Shown here: piece after piece, positions 48,801 through 60,039 of the stretch
Position numbering within the stretch: position 1 is the stretch's first letter
Layout of the letters: every line of letters begins with the position of its first letter
NCBI GenBank assembly: GCA_002269645.1
Contig: NIVC01000197.1
Coordinates: 558,001-622,000, forward strand
DNA from: Macrostomum lignano
Taxonomy: Eukaryota
DNA: 64,000 nucleotides
Reading direction: 5' to 3'
Notes under the pieces: generated by a model
What the model was told of the DNA's origin: nothing
Database searches by the model: none
Seen by the model: the letters and a program-made list of their open reading frames with translations, nothing else
Translations under genes and position numbers: made by a program

Positions 48801-51800
48801 CTAAGCCGGAGATTGCCGAGAATGGCAAGCTGTATATTGGTGAGTAAGATTAGTCAACCATATACGAGCTATTTACTATTTGTGTAGTTTTCTGTGTGGC
48901 TGTTTTGAGACCTGTAGGCGCATTTAGTGGCATATCTACCGGCTTGTGGGAGGTATTTAGTAGCTTATGGGCTTATTTATTAGCTTATGGGGTCTTTAGT
49001 AGCTTTTGGGGTATTTAGTAGCTTATGGGGTCTTTAGTAGCTTATGGGGGTATTTAGTAGCTTATGGGGGTATTTAGTAGCTTATGGGGGTATTTAGTAG
49101 CTTATGGGGTCTTTAGTAGCTTATGGGGGTATTTAGTAGCTTATGGGGGTATTTAGTAGCTTATGGGGGTCTTTAGTAGCTTATGGGGGTATTTAGTAGC
49201 TTATGGGGGTATTTAGTAGCTTATGGGGGTATTTAGTAGCTTATGGGGGTATTTAGTAGCTTATGGGGTATTTAGTAGCTTATGGGGGTATTTAGTAGCT
49301 TATGGGGTATTTAGTAGCTTATGGGGGTATTTAGTAGCTTATGGGGTCTTTAGTAGTTTATTAGGTATTTATTGTCTTATGGGGTATTTAGTGGCTTATG
49401 ATGTATTTTCTAGCTTATGGGGTATTTAGTAACTTATTGGGTATTTATTGTCTTATGGGGTATTTAGTGGCTTATGGGGTATTTAGTAGCTGATAGGATA
49501 TTTAATGGATTAAGGGGGTATTTAGTTGGACATCAGCATCCTTTTATTAGTCTCATCAGTAATATTTAGTAATCCATATTTAGCTGGCCTTGTTTCTCGT
49601 AGTTTAAAAGCATATCTATTTGCTACTCCAGGATTTTTTTGTTTCTTTGGCAGGCAACCTGCCAGAGGGCTACGCGCAGTCGGACCTGGACAAGCTATTC
49701 GACAGCTACGGCCCGCTGAAAGAGTCCAAGCTGCTCATGGACAAGAGGACCGGCAAGTCCAAGGGCTGCGGATTCATTGAACTGTGCAGCGGTCCCCTAG
49801 CAGATATGGCCATCGCCCAGCTCAACGGCCTCCAGCTTGATGGCGCTCCGCAGCCGCTGAAAGTGCACCGGCCGCTGCCTCCGAAGGGCGCCCTGCTGCT
49901 TGGCGGCCAAGTTGGCGCGGCCGGGGTCAGCCCTGTCAATCAGCTGACTGTGAAGCACGAGTTGCTACCTGCCCATATCCGGCCGTTCGGCGTCGCCGCG
50001 GGCCTGCACCCCACCGACGGCCTTCTGTCGCCGCCGAACAAAAAGCGCAGGACTGACACCGCCGAGGAGGCGCTGACCGCCGCCGTGGCCGCGGTGAGAG
50101 GCCGCTGGCCTTGCTGTGCTGCACTGCCCACTAAATCCCTGCAGCACAGTGTTTTAATACCCTTTCCCCTTTAATACCAATCAGTCCATCAAATCCCGGG
50201 TCATTCAGTCCATCAAATCCCGGGGTCATTCAGTCCAAATCCCGGGTCATTCAGTCCAAATCCCGGGTCATTCAGTCCAAATCCCGGGTCATTCAGTCCA
50301 TCAAATCCCGGTTCATTCAGTTCATCAAATCCCGGGTCATTCAGTTCATCAAATCCCGGGTCATTCAGTTCATCAAATCCCGGGTCATTCAGTCCAAATC
50401 CCGGGTCATTCAGTCCAAATCCCGGGTCATTCAGTTCATTAAATCCCGGGTCATTCAGTCCATCAAATCCCGGTTCATTTAGTTCATACAATCCCGGGTC
50501 ATTCAGTTTATTAAATCCCGGTTCATTGAGTTCATACAATCCCGGGTCATTCAGTTTATTAAATCCCGGGTCATTCAGTCCAAATCCCGGGTCATTCAGT
50601 TCAAATCCCAGGTCATTCAGTCCATCAAATCCCGGGTCATTCAGTTTATTAAATCCCGGGTCATTCAGTCCATCAAATCCCGGGTCATTCAGTCCAAATC
50701 CCAGGTCATTCAGTCCATCAAATCCCGGGTCATTCAGTCCAAATCCCGGGTCATTCAGTCCAAATCCCAGGTCATTCAGTCCATCAAATCCCGGGTCATT
50801 CAGTCCAAATCCCGGGTCATTCAGTCCAAATCCCGGGTCATTCAGTCCAAATCCCGGGTCATTCAGTCCAAATCCCGCGTCATTCAGTCCATCAAATCCC
50901 GGGTCATTCAGTCCAAATCCCGGGTCATTCAGTCCAAATCCCAGGTCATTCAGTCCATCAAATCCCGGGTCATTCAGTCCAAATCCCGGGTCATTCAGTC
51001 CATTAAATCCCGGGTCATTCAGTCCAAATCCCGGGTCATTCAGTCCATTCGAACCCACCCGCAGCACCAGCAGCAGCCAAAGCAGGACAAGGGCGAGTTC
51101 CCCCTGTTTGTGTACGGTCTCGGTGACGCGGCCCAAGACATCGACCTGTGGGAGCTGTTCGGCCCCCATGGCGCTGTCAAGTCTGTGAAGGTGATCCGAG
51201 ATGCGGCCACGCAGAAGCCGAGAGGCTACGGATTTGTCACCATGCTCAGGTGAGACCGGCGTCTTTTGTTCGCACTGCGAAAGTTAAATCTTGGTATAGA
51301 CAGTATATAAACTCTTATTATTGTAGAGCGACTCTGAAATCTTCCCAACCCAATCAGAAATCTCCCCAACCCCTCAGAAATCTTCCCCAACCCACTCAGA
51401 AATCTCCCCAACCCCCTCAGAAATCTTCCCCAACCCACTAAGAAATCTTCCCCCAACCCACTTAGGAATCTCTCCAACCCACTCAGAAATCTCCCCAACC
51501 CACTCAGAAATCTTCCCAACCCACTCAGAAATCTTCCCAACCCACTCAGAAATATCCCCAACCCAATAAAAAATCTTCCCCCAACCCACTCAGAAATCTT
51601 CCCCCAACCCACTCAGAAATCTTCCCCCAACCCACTCAGAAATCTTCCCCCAACCCACTCAGAAATCTTCCCCCAACCCACCCAGAAATCTCCCCAACCC
51701 ACTCAGAAATCTTCCCAACCCACTCAGAAATCTCCCCAACCCACTCAGAAATCTCCCCAACCCACTCAGAAATCTCCCCAACCCACTCAGAAATCTCCCC

Positions 51801-52939
51801 AACCCACTCAGAAATCTTCCCAACCCACTCAGAAATCTCCCCAACCCACTCAGAAATCTCCCCAACCCACTCAGAAATCTCCCCAACCCACTCAGAAATC
51901 TTCCCCAACCCACTCAGAAATCTTCCCAACCCACTCAGAAATCTTCCCAACCCACTAAGAAATCTTCCCAACCCACTCAGAAATCTTCCCCCAACCCACT
52001 CAGAAATCTTCCCCCAACCCACTCAGAAATCTCCCCAACCCACTCAGAAATCTTCCCCCAACCCACTCAGAAATCTTCCCCCAACCCACCCAGAAATCTC
52101 CCCAACCCACTCAGAAATCTTCCCAACCCACTCAGAAATCTTCCCAACCCACTCAGAAATATCCCCAACCCAATAAAAAATCTTCCCCCAACCCACTCAG
52201 AAATCTTCCCCCAACCCACTCAGAAATCTTCCCCCAACCCACTCAGAAATCTTCCCCCAACCCACTCAGAAATCTTCCCCCAACCCACCCAGAAATCTCC
52301 CCAACCCACTCAGAAATCTTCCCAACCCACTCAGAAATCTCCCCAACCCACTCAGAAATCTCCCCAACCCACTCAGAAATCTCCCCAACCCACTCAGAAA
52401 TCTCCCCAACCCACTCAGAAATCTCCCCAACCCACTCAGAAATCTTCCCAACCCACTCAGAAATCTTCCCAACCCACTCAGAAATCTTCCCAACCCACTC
52501 AGAAATATCCCCAACCCAATAAAAAATCTTCCTTCAACCCACTCAGAAATCTTCCCCCAACCCACTCAGAAATCTTCCCCCAACCCACCCAGAAATCTCC
52601 CCAACCCACTCAGAAATCTTCCCAACCCACTCAGAAATCTCCCCAACCCACTCAGAAATCTCCCCAACCCACTCAGAAATCTCCCCAACCCACTCAGAAA
52701 TCTTCCCCAACCCACTCAGAAATCTCCCCAACCCACTCAGAAATCTCCCCAACCCACTCAGAAATCTCCCCAACCCACTCAGAAATCTTCCCCAACCCAC
52801 TCAGAAATCTTCCCCAACCCACTCAGAAATCTTTTCCCAACCCACTAAAAATGCCAGGTACTCAGAGGCGGTGGAAGCCGTCAAGAAGGTTAACGGTCAC
52901 CTGCTAGGGGAGAAGCGGCTGCAGGTGCGATTTAAGTGA
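45849..52939 (+). CDS. elav: ELAV/Hu-like RNA-binding protein with five RRMs, ~600 aa: join(45849..45865,45916..46391,48237..48839,49654..50093,51065..51249,52858..52939)
   Basis: Phases are consistent (1803 nt). RRM-a TVIVNYLP...RDRITKESKCFGFVSY; RRM-b KLYVAGFP...SKCSGFVNF; RRM-c NLMVNFLP...SKCFGFVTY; RRM-d KLYIGNLP...SKGCGFIEL; hinge with PNKKRR; RRM-e LFVYGLG...LWELFGPHGAVKSVKVIRD...GYGFVTM...VNGHLLGEKRLQVRFK*, which is the ELAV RRM3 signature. The 17-nt first exon is inferred because exon 2 has no in-frame Met. Confidence 0.9.
46482..48130. repeat. Intronic minisatellite, 17-bp unit (AGTCAGCCTCCATCTCT) with longer variants carrying TCACAGAGGG(C), ELAV intron 2
   Basis: Direct reading. 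Confidence 0.95.
48950..49495. repeat. Intronic minisatellite, 19-20 bp unit (GGGGGTATTTAGTAGCTTAT), ELAV intron 3
   Basis: Direct reading. Confidence 0.95.
50180..51047. repeat. Intronic minisatellite, 21/24-bp units (AAATCCCGGGTCATTCAGTCC[ATC]), ELAV intron 4
   Basis: Direct reading. Confidence 0.95.
51340..52848. repeat. Intronic minisatellite, 21-23 bp unit (CCAACCCACTCAGAAATCTCC), ELAV intron 5
   Basis: Direct reading. Confidence 0.95.
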
Positions 52940-53648
52940 TGGGGGAGACAGCTGTCGTAGCTGAAGAGGATTGGAATCTGCCGAATTTTCGAGGTTCGCG
53001 TGCAATTTAAAGAAAATCATCTTTCTTTTTTTGAGTTACAAATCGTTTGAAAAGCGAACGAATTATAATAGTATGAATTTGTTGCTTGCTTGTAATCGGA
53101 ATTCTTTCGCTTTGTTTTATTTTTATCCTTCTCATGATTATCAGGAGGGAATCCAGGGTGACAGCTTGGCACAGGGAGTGTACATGGCTGGCGGTTAGAA
53201 AGTCTGCCGTAGGGACTGTAGGGTATTTGTCTGCTTTCAAGCATCTTGAGGATTCTTGCACTCAAATCAATCAATCAGTGATCTCTGTGCACCGCATCTG
53301 CCCCATCCTCTGCCATATATAAATGTAAATTCAGTTTTAGTTTTTTGAGTTGTTTTTAAATAAATATTTTATATATTTAAAAACATAAAATTTGTATAGA
53401 TTTATACTTACATATTCGCTGTTCTTTTTGATAAATTTGCTGAAGGGCAAATTTGCTTTATTATTAACTGTTATCTTATTTGACTGCGTTCACTTATTAT
53501 CTTTTTCTTATTAAATAACTTAATATTAGTTACAATCTATAATTTTTTGTAGAATTTGTTTTCATATTGTTTAAGTTCGCATACTACTATATTACTTTTG
53601 TGGTAAACTTTTTTATCATTATTTTTCCCTAGCTTTATTATTTATTTG

Positions 53649-54181
53649 TATTCCTCACTTGGGCCTGGCCATAGGCTACAGAGATGTATGTATTTGGCTT
53701 GGCCATAGACTGGAGAATTGTATTTTTAGCTGGACCATAGACTACAGAGATGTATTTTAGCTGGCTTATAGACTACAGAAATGTATTAATTTGGCCTGGC
53801 CATAGACTACAGAAATGTATTTATTTGGCCTGGCCATAGACTAGAGAAATGTATTTATTTGGCCTGGCCATAGACTACAGAAATTTATTTATTTGGCTGG
53901 GCCATAGACTACAGAAATGTATTTATTTGGCTGGGCCATAGACTACAGAAATGTATTTATTTGGCCTGGCCATAGACTACAGAAATTTATTTATTTGGCT
54001 GGGCCATAGACTACAGAAATGTATTTATTTGGCTGGGCCATAGACTACAGAAATGTATTTATTTGGCCTGGCCATAGACTACAGAAATGTATTTATTTGG
54101 CTAGCCATAGACTACAGAAATGTATTTATTTGGCCTGGCCATAGACTACAGAAACATATTTATTTGGCCAAGTGAGGAATA
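53649..54181. repeat. 34-bp minisatellite (TATTTGGCCTGGCCATAGACTACAGAAATGTATT) bounded by a 14-bp perfect inverted repeat
   Basis: Array 53662-54168; TATTCCTCACTTGG at 53649-53662 and CCAAGTGAGGAATA at 54168-54181. Confidence 0.9.
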
Positions 54182-54593
54182 AATACATTATTCCCCCGCT
54201 TGTTTCACTTATTCGTGGCTGCGAAGGGCTCCGGCCATTCTAGTCCTCAGCCGTTCTCGGCCGCAATAAAAGAAACCAGTGGGGTTTAACTTATAATTAT
54301 CGAACATCTGTAAAGCCATTTATTTCTAAAGTGAGTCAGTGAGTGGCACTGCTTGGTTATATTTTCGTTTCACTAATTATTATCAAACAGTTATCCTTTA
54401 CGTGCGTTTTTATTGTTGCAAGTTTTTTTCGATCAAAATATATATAAATTCTTGTTACACATTATATTACTGTTATCAACCAGTTATTAAGCTGATATTA
54501 CGATTATAAAGTTATTCATCTTTTTATGAATTCTTTATTGAATTATAAAAACAATGAACTCCTAAGTAATCAACAATTCAAATTTTTAGTAGC

Positions 54594-54815
54594 GATTTCA
54601 TTGCTGAGTTGCTAAGTGGGGATTTCGTTGCTGAGTGGGGATTTCATTGCTGAATTGCTGAGTGGAAATTTCATTGCTCAGTTGCTGAGTGGGGAGTTCA
54701 TTGCTGAGTTGCTGAGTGGGGAGTTCATTGCTCAGTTGCTGAGTGGGGATTTCGTTGCTGAATTGCTGTGTGGGGATTTCATTGCTGGGTTGCTGAGTAG
54801 GGATTTCATTGCTGA
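54594..54815. repeat. Minisatellite, ~27-bp unit (TTGCTGAGTGGGGATTTCATTGCTGAG-like)
   Basis: Direct reading. Confidence 0.85.
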
Positions 54816-55404
54816 TTAGTACTACGTCTTATTAATTAGTACTACTTCTGTATTTTTCGGGTGGGCATTTTTGTGACTTACCTTGTGTGGGCTCGGCCGG
54901 GTGCTGCGCATGTGGGACCCTAAATATCAAAACCAAATTCTTAATGTTTCTTCTCATAACTTCGAAAAATTTGAAGTTTTTGATGCACGGAGAGGTTAAT
55001 TATCGCATTTATTTTTAATCGATTGCTACCTGTTAAGTATGACCTAGTTTAAGCTACTAATAGTAGGCGGATTTAGATCATTTAGAATTGTTTTGATTTA
55101 ATAAAAACTATTGTCAACATAACTAGTCTTCCTGTATCCAGTGTTAGTTAATGAACAAACTTTTCAACTTTCTAACCCATTTTACATGGTCCATTGTGTG
55201 CTAAAGCATTTCGCCATTGTACAGAAATATAAGCGTTAGTCCATAGTTTTTCCAGTTTTTACTGATGAGCCTGAATCCGTTCGTCTGCGAATTATGGATG
55301 GCATTATAATTCGGTGTGAGTTGCGTTCAGCTTGACTTGGGAATCGAATAAATCTGCAAATACTGCAATTAATTCAATTGAGTTTGAAGTATCTTCGCTA
55401 GGCC

Positions 55405-56110
55405 CATCTCAGATCCCAAATCTTCGCTAGTCCCATCTCTGATCCCAAATCTTTGCTAGTCCCATCCCTGATCCCAAATCTTTGCTAGTCCCATCCCTGA
55501 TCCCAAATCTTAGCTAGTCCCATCTCTGATCCCAAATCTTTGCTAGTCCCATCCCTGATCCCAAATCTTTGCTAGTCCCATCCCTGATCCCAAATCTTTG
55601 CTAGTCCCATCCCTGATCCCAAATCTTCGCTAGTCCCATCTCTGATCCCAAATCTTCGCTAGTCCCATCTCTGATCCCAAATCTTTGCTAGTCCCATCCC
55701 TGATCCCAAATCTTTGCTAGTCCCATCTCTGATCCCAAATCTTAGCTAGTCCAATCCCTGATCCCAAATCTTTGCTAGTCCCATCCCTGATCCAAAATCT
55801 TCGCTAATCCCATCCCTGATCCCAAAAATGGACGCTAATCCCATTCCTGATCCCAATTCTTCACTTATCTTATCTCTGATCTCAATCCTTCACTAATCCC
55901 ATCCCTGATCCCATCCTTGATCCTAAAACGTTTCGCTAATCCTATCTTGACCAAAACTATGTCCCTAATCTCATCCCTGATTAAAATTCTTCACTAACCT
56001 TATCTCTGATCTCAATTCTTCACTAATTCCATCCTTGATCCCAAAACGTGTCGCTTATTATCCTATCTATAATCGCAAATCTTCAGTAATCCCATCCCTG
56101 ATCCAAAATC
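55405..56110. repeat. Minisatellite, 29-bp unit (GATCCCAAATCTTTGCTAGTCCCATCCCT), decaying after about 55860
   Basis: Direct reading. Confidence 0.9.
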
Positions 56111-56654
56111 CCAAGTGACGCATTCAATTCCAAAATTCTGAAATCTGCAAAGCTAGCCTAAATAATCCTATAAACTTGTGTAAAGTTATAGAGAACGGTC
56201 ACACCATACACTGATAGTGCAGTGCACTATCAGTCAAATTTGAGTATGCATGCAGCAGCTTGAAGCCAATAAAGCATTTACCATGCCGCTGCAGACTCGA
56301 ACCCTGCGCGCAGCTAAGGCCTCGGCAGCTCGGCCAGTCATGCGCACTTATCAAACACATCGGATCCTCTCTAGTAATAGTGCATTTCTGCTGCTGCAAT
56401 AGAGCCTGCGCGGGAAGGGTTCCGGGAATTCGATTGGGGAATTTGATTTTTAGTCCTCACCCCTGCACCGTCGGCAGTGCGTGATCGATGATTCTACAGT
56501 CAGCGGGTGGCGCGACGGTCCGGCATTCCGACAGGCCGAATGCAAATCCGCTTTTTTCTGCTCGATTTCTCTTCCCCTGCCTCATTACAGCCCTGCTGTG
56601 CCCATGCTGCCTGCAGGCTGCTCACTGCGGTATCACTCTCCTAGCCTCTCATGC

Positions 56655-57097
56655 ACTCTCACTCACTCACTCACTCACTCACTCACTCACTCACTCACTC
56701 ATTCACTCACTCACTCACTCACTCATTCACTCACTCACTCACTCACTCATTCACTCACTCACTCACTCACTCACTCATTCACTCACTCACTCACTCACTC
56801 ACTCATTCACTCACTCACTCACTCACTCATTCACTCACTCACTCACTCACTCACTCACTCACTCATTCACTCACTCACTCATTCACTCACTCACTCATTC
56901 ACTCACTCACTCATTCACTCACTCACTCATTCACTCACTCACTCACTCACTCATTCACTCACTCATTCACTCACTCACTCATTCACTCACTCACTCACTC
57001 ATTCACTCACTCATTCACTCATTCACTCATTCACTCACTCACTCATTCACTCACTCACTCACTCATTCACTCACTCATTCACTCACTCATTCACTCA
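56655..57097. repeat. (TCAC)n/(TCAT) microsatellite
   Basis: Direct reading. Confidence 0.97.
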
Positions 57098-57571
57098 CCA
57101 TTTTTAGTATATGGGATTGTTCTTCTGCACTGTTTTGTATTCTCAGAATATTTCGCCATGTTTTGCACCGGACCAATCTCATGCCAAAATAATAATTACT
57201 ATAAACATTCTGATCGGGCAAAGAAAGACGTTTTTTGCATCCGAAATCTCGGTCTCGCCGATCCGATCTGGAATGGGCCCCAGCCGGAATTTGCATACGG
57301 CGGCCTTCAATAGAGGAAAAATGAGGCCAACAGCACGAGGGATTGTAGATGGAGGAATACGTACAGGCTCGAGTGCTCTTGGGAATCGGTGCATGCTAAT
57401 TGGCCTCCAGGCCATCGCGTCTGTCCCGTCAGTGCTCAGTAGACAGCTGGTGTTTTATATTATTCCCAAGTAGCTGCGCCCAACTCTGGACTGTGATTTA
57501 TCTCCTAGCCCAAGAATGCTTCTAAAATGAAACACCTTAACACTTTTCATGAGGGGGATTTCATTTTTTGA

Positions 57572-57732
57572 CTGGGCGCCAGTTCTATAGAGGCGCCAGT
57601 TCTATTGGCGCCAGTTCTAGAGGCTCCAGTTCTAGTGGTGCCACTTCTAGAGGCGCCAGTTCTATAGAAGCGCCAGTTCTAGAAGCGCCAGTTTTATAGG
57701 GGCGCCAGCACCAGAGACGCCAGCACCAGGGG
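57572..57732. repeat. Short degenerate array of GGCGCCAGTTCTA-type units, ending in GGCGCCAGCACCAG
   Basis: Direct reading. Confidence 0.8.
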
Positions 57733-58463
57733 CTCATACTGTCGATCAGACTCAAATTGAATCACACCTTTTAGTTGAGGAACATCCCCACGGCCTACTG
57801 CTATAAATATCCGACCAATTTAGGCTGTCTAAGCAGTCGGAGTTGAAGAATGCAGCGGCAGAGGAGAGCTGCAAGTTGGATGGGCGCGCCGTGCACTCGC
57901 GCGGCACAAGCAGGCCGGTGCTCCATCGACCCAGCCAATGCCAGCTTGGCAGAATCTGCTTCCCCACAAGCCTTCTGTCCTGAAGTGCGCTCAATCTCTT
58001 CTTCCTTCCCGCTTCTCTGTCTCGTCTCTTGTGTCTCCCCCTGCCCCAGTCTGTCCGCTGTCTCTCCCTTGACCCCTAGATAAGCAGCCGGGTGCATGAG
58101 TGATGGCTCGAGTGCGACTAGAGGATCTTCTTATTCTAGCGCGCACACACAAACACAAATATATATATATATATATATAGCTAGCTATATAGAACAGGGA
58201 GATTTCCTGTTTCCGCTATCCTCTTTTCCTATCCCAGCAGTCAGCACTGGCTGTGCTGTTGGACCTCCGGTAGCCCTAGCAGTGCAACAGCGCTCCCAGC
58301 TCCGCTTCCTGTCCCTATTCGGACTGTGCCGTCATCTCTGCACGCAGCTTTGGTTGGCCTCTATATAGCTACTCGTAGCTAGCGGGCTGTAGATATAGCT
58401 GTGAGATAGTTCAAGCCAGACAGCAGGGCCAAGAATCTGCTGACCCAGTTCCGCCTGTCAATC

Positions 58464-59006
58464 ATGCTCATATGGCCAATCCATCTGGACATCGCTCTGC
58501 TGTTCATAGCTCTGCTGGTTGTGTCGTTTGTCTGCTACCACTGCCGCCACCGGCGCAGCCGCTGCGAGCGGGCCGCCCAGCTGGCCCGGGGTTTTCAGCG
58601 CCGAACCCTTCGCCAGCAGGGCAGCACGGCTGGGCAGCAGCCGGCCCATCACCATCATCGTCACGAGCTCGTGCTGGACATGGGATCATCTGGCTTCGAG
58701 TTTGGCGGCGGCGGCGGCAGCGGCTGCGGTGGCGGCGGTGGCATCGGAGGCGGTGGCGGCATCGGCGGCGGTGGCGGCGGCCTAGACCGGGACTGCACCT
58801 ACTCCTCAGCCTCTAGGCACCATCATCACCATCGGAGAGGCGGTGGCGGCGGGGGTGGCGGCGGAGGCGGCAGCCAACAGATGGGCGCCGGCGGAACGGG
58901 CGGTGGCGCAGGCGGGGGAGGCGGCATCGGCAGCAGCAGCGGCGGCGGCGTCAATCTTATTTTCGGCCACTTTGGCGCGGGCCGAGCATCAAGACCGGAT
59001 GGCTGA
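58464..59006 (+). CDS. Hypothetical 180-aa single-pass membrane protein with a Gly/His-rich low-complexity tail
   Basis: ATG start; hydrophobic stretch IALLFIALLVVSFVCY followed by the Cys/Arg-rich CYHCRHRRSRC; poly-Gly and His runs; GC-rich codon usage like the real exons in this window. No recognisable family. Confidence 0.45.
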   Translation: MLIWPIHLDIALLFIALLVVSFVCYHCRHRRSRCERAAQLARGFQRRTLRQQGSTAGQQPAHHHHRHELVLDMGSSGFEFGGGGGSGCGGGGGIGGGGGIGGGGGGLDRDCTYSSASRHHHHHRRGGGGGGGGGGGSQQMGAGGTGGGAGGGGGIGSSSGGGVNLIFGHFGAGRASRPDG

Positions 59007-59198
59007 CCGCTCTGAGTTTAGTGATTGTCAGACTGCTTTAATCTCTGGGATTTCACCATCGAATCATGCGATCACTGCAATTTATTAACATTCTGATGAT
59101 GTACAGTTTTCAAGGTGCGATGCAACTGCCAAAATATATTCTGTTACGTAATATTGTGCACAAGCTGCGTGTGCTTATGTCTAGATTATCTAGCATTA

Positions 59199-59592
59199 AC
59201 TGGGCGCCAGTACCAGGGGCGCCAGCACCAAGGGGCGCCAGCACCAAGGGGCGCCAGCACCAAGGGGCGCCAGCACCAAGGGCGCCAGCACCAAGGGGCG
59301 CCAGCACCAAGGGGCGCCAGCACCAAGGGGCGCCAGCACCAAGGGGCGCCAGCACCAAGGGGCGCCAGCACCAAGGGGCGCCAGCACCAAGGGGCGCCAG
59401 CACCAAGGGGCGCCAGCACCAAGGGGCGCCAGCACCAAGGGGCGCCAGCACCAAGGGGCGCCAGCACCAAGGGGCGCCAGCACCAAGGGGCGCCAGCACC
59501 AAGGGGCGCCAGCACCAAGGGGCGCCAGCACCAAGGGGCGCCAGCACCAAGGGGCGCCAGCACCAGGGGCCAGCACCAGGGGGCGCCAGCAC
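59199..59592. repeat. Minisatellite, 16-bp unit (AAGGGGCGCCAGCACC)
   Basis: Direct reading. The 16-aa periodicity of the overlapping ORFs equals three units. Confidence 0.95.
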
Positions 59593-60039
59593 CCTGGAGC
59601 AGCTTGAGCAAATGGTTAGCACACGGAGCAGCTCAGTGGTGAACGCGTTCAAATGTCGTGCCCTAAAGTTACCGGGTTCCTGCCTACGCATCTCCGTGTG
59701 CGAGAGCGCGCTCAGTGGTCAGCAGAATTTGCTTGCCTGCTTGCTGGTTGGCTGCGGCTAAAGGTAGCCTTGATTTGGCATGGTGCCTTCATGCCCGCTG
59801 CAAACTACTAGTAGCTAAACTAAACTCCAAGCACAGCGCGATGCAATTTTCTTCTCTCGTCTCTGAATTTCTTACTCTCTTGACTGTCCACCTCGAGCCC
59901 CGTGGAACATCCTCTGCCTCCCTGCACCTGCTGAATGTACATTGAAATGCACGTAGGAGTTCGCATTGATCTGTTAATCAGCTCTCTGTATTTCAATCCC
60001 CAGCCATGACAGCCTAAAGTACAGTTAAGTTATTCCTTA

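Noticed and set aside
50213-52800. Repetitive ORFs (LNDPGF, FLSGLGR, NPGSFS repeats)
   Set aside because: Read-through of intronic arrays in the ELAV-like gene; the true exons are defined by splice sites and RRM continuity.
56481-59761. (HSLT)n and (GASTKGRQHQGAPAPR)n ORFs
   Set aside because: Microsatellite and 16-bp minisatellite artefacts.
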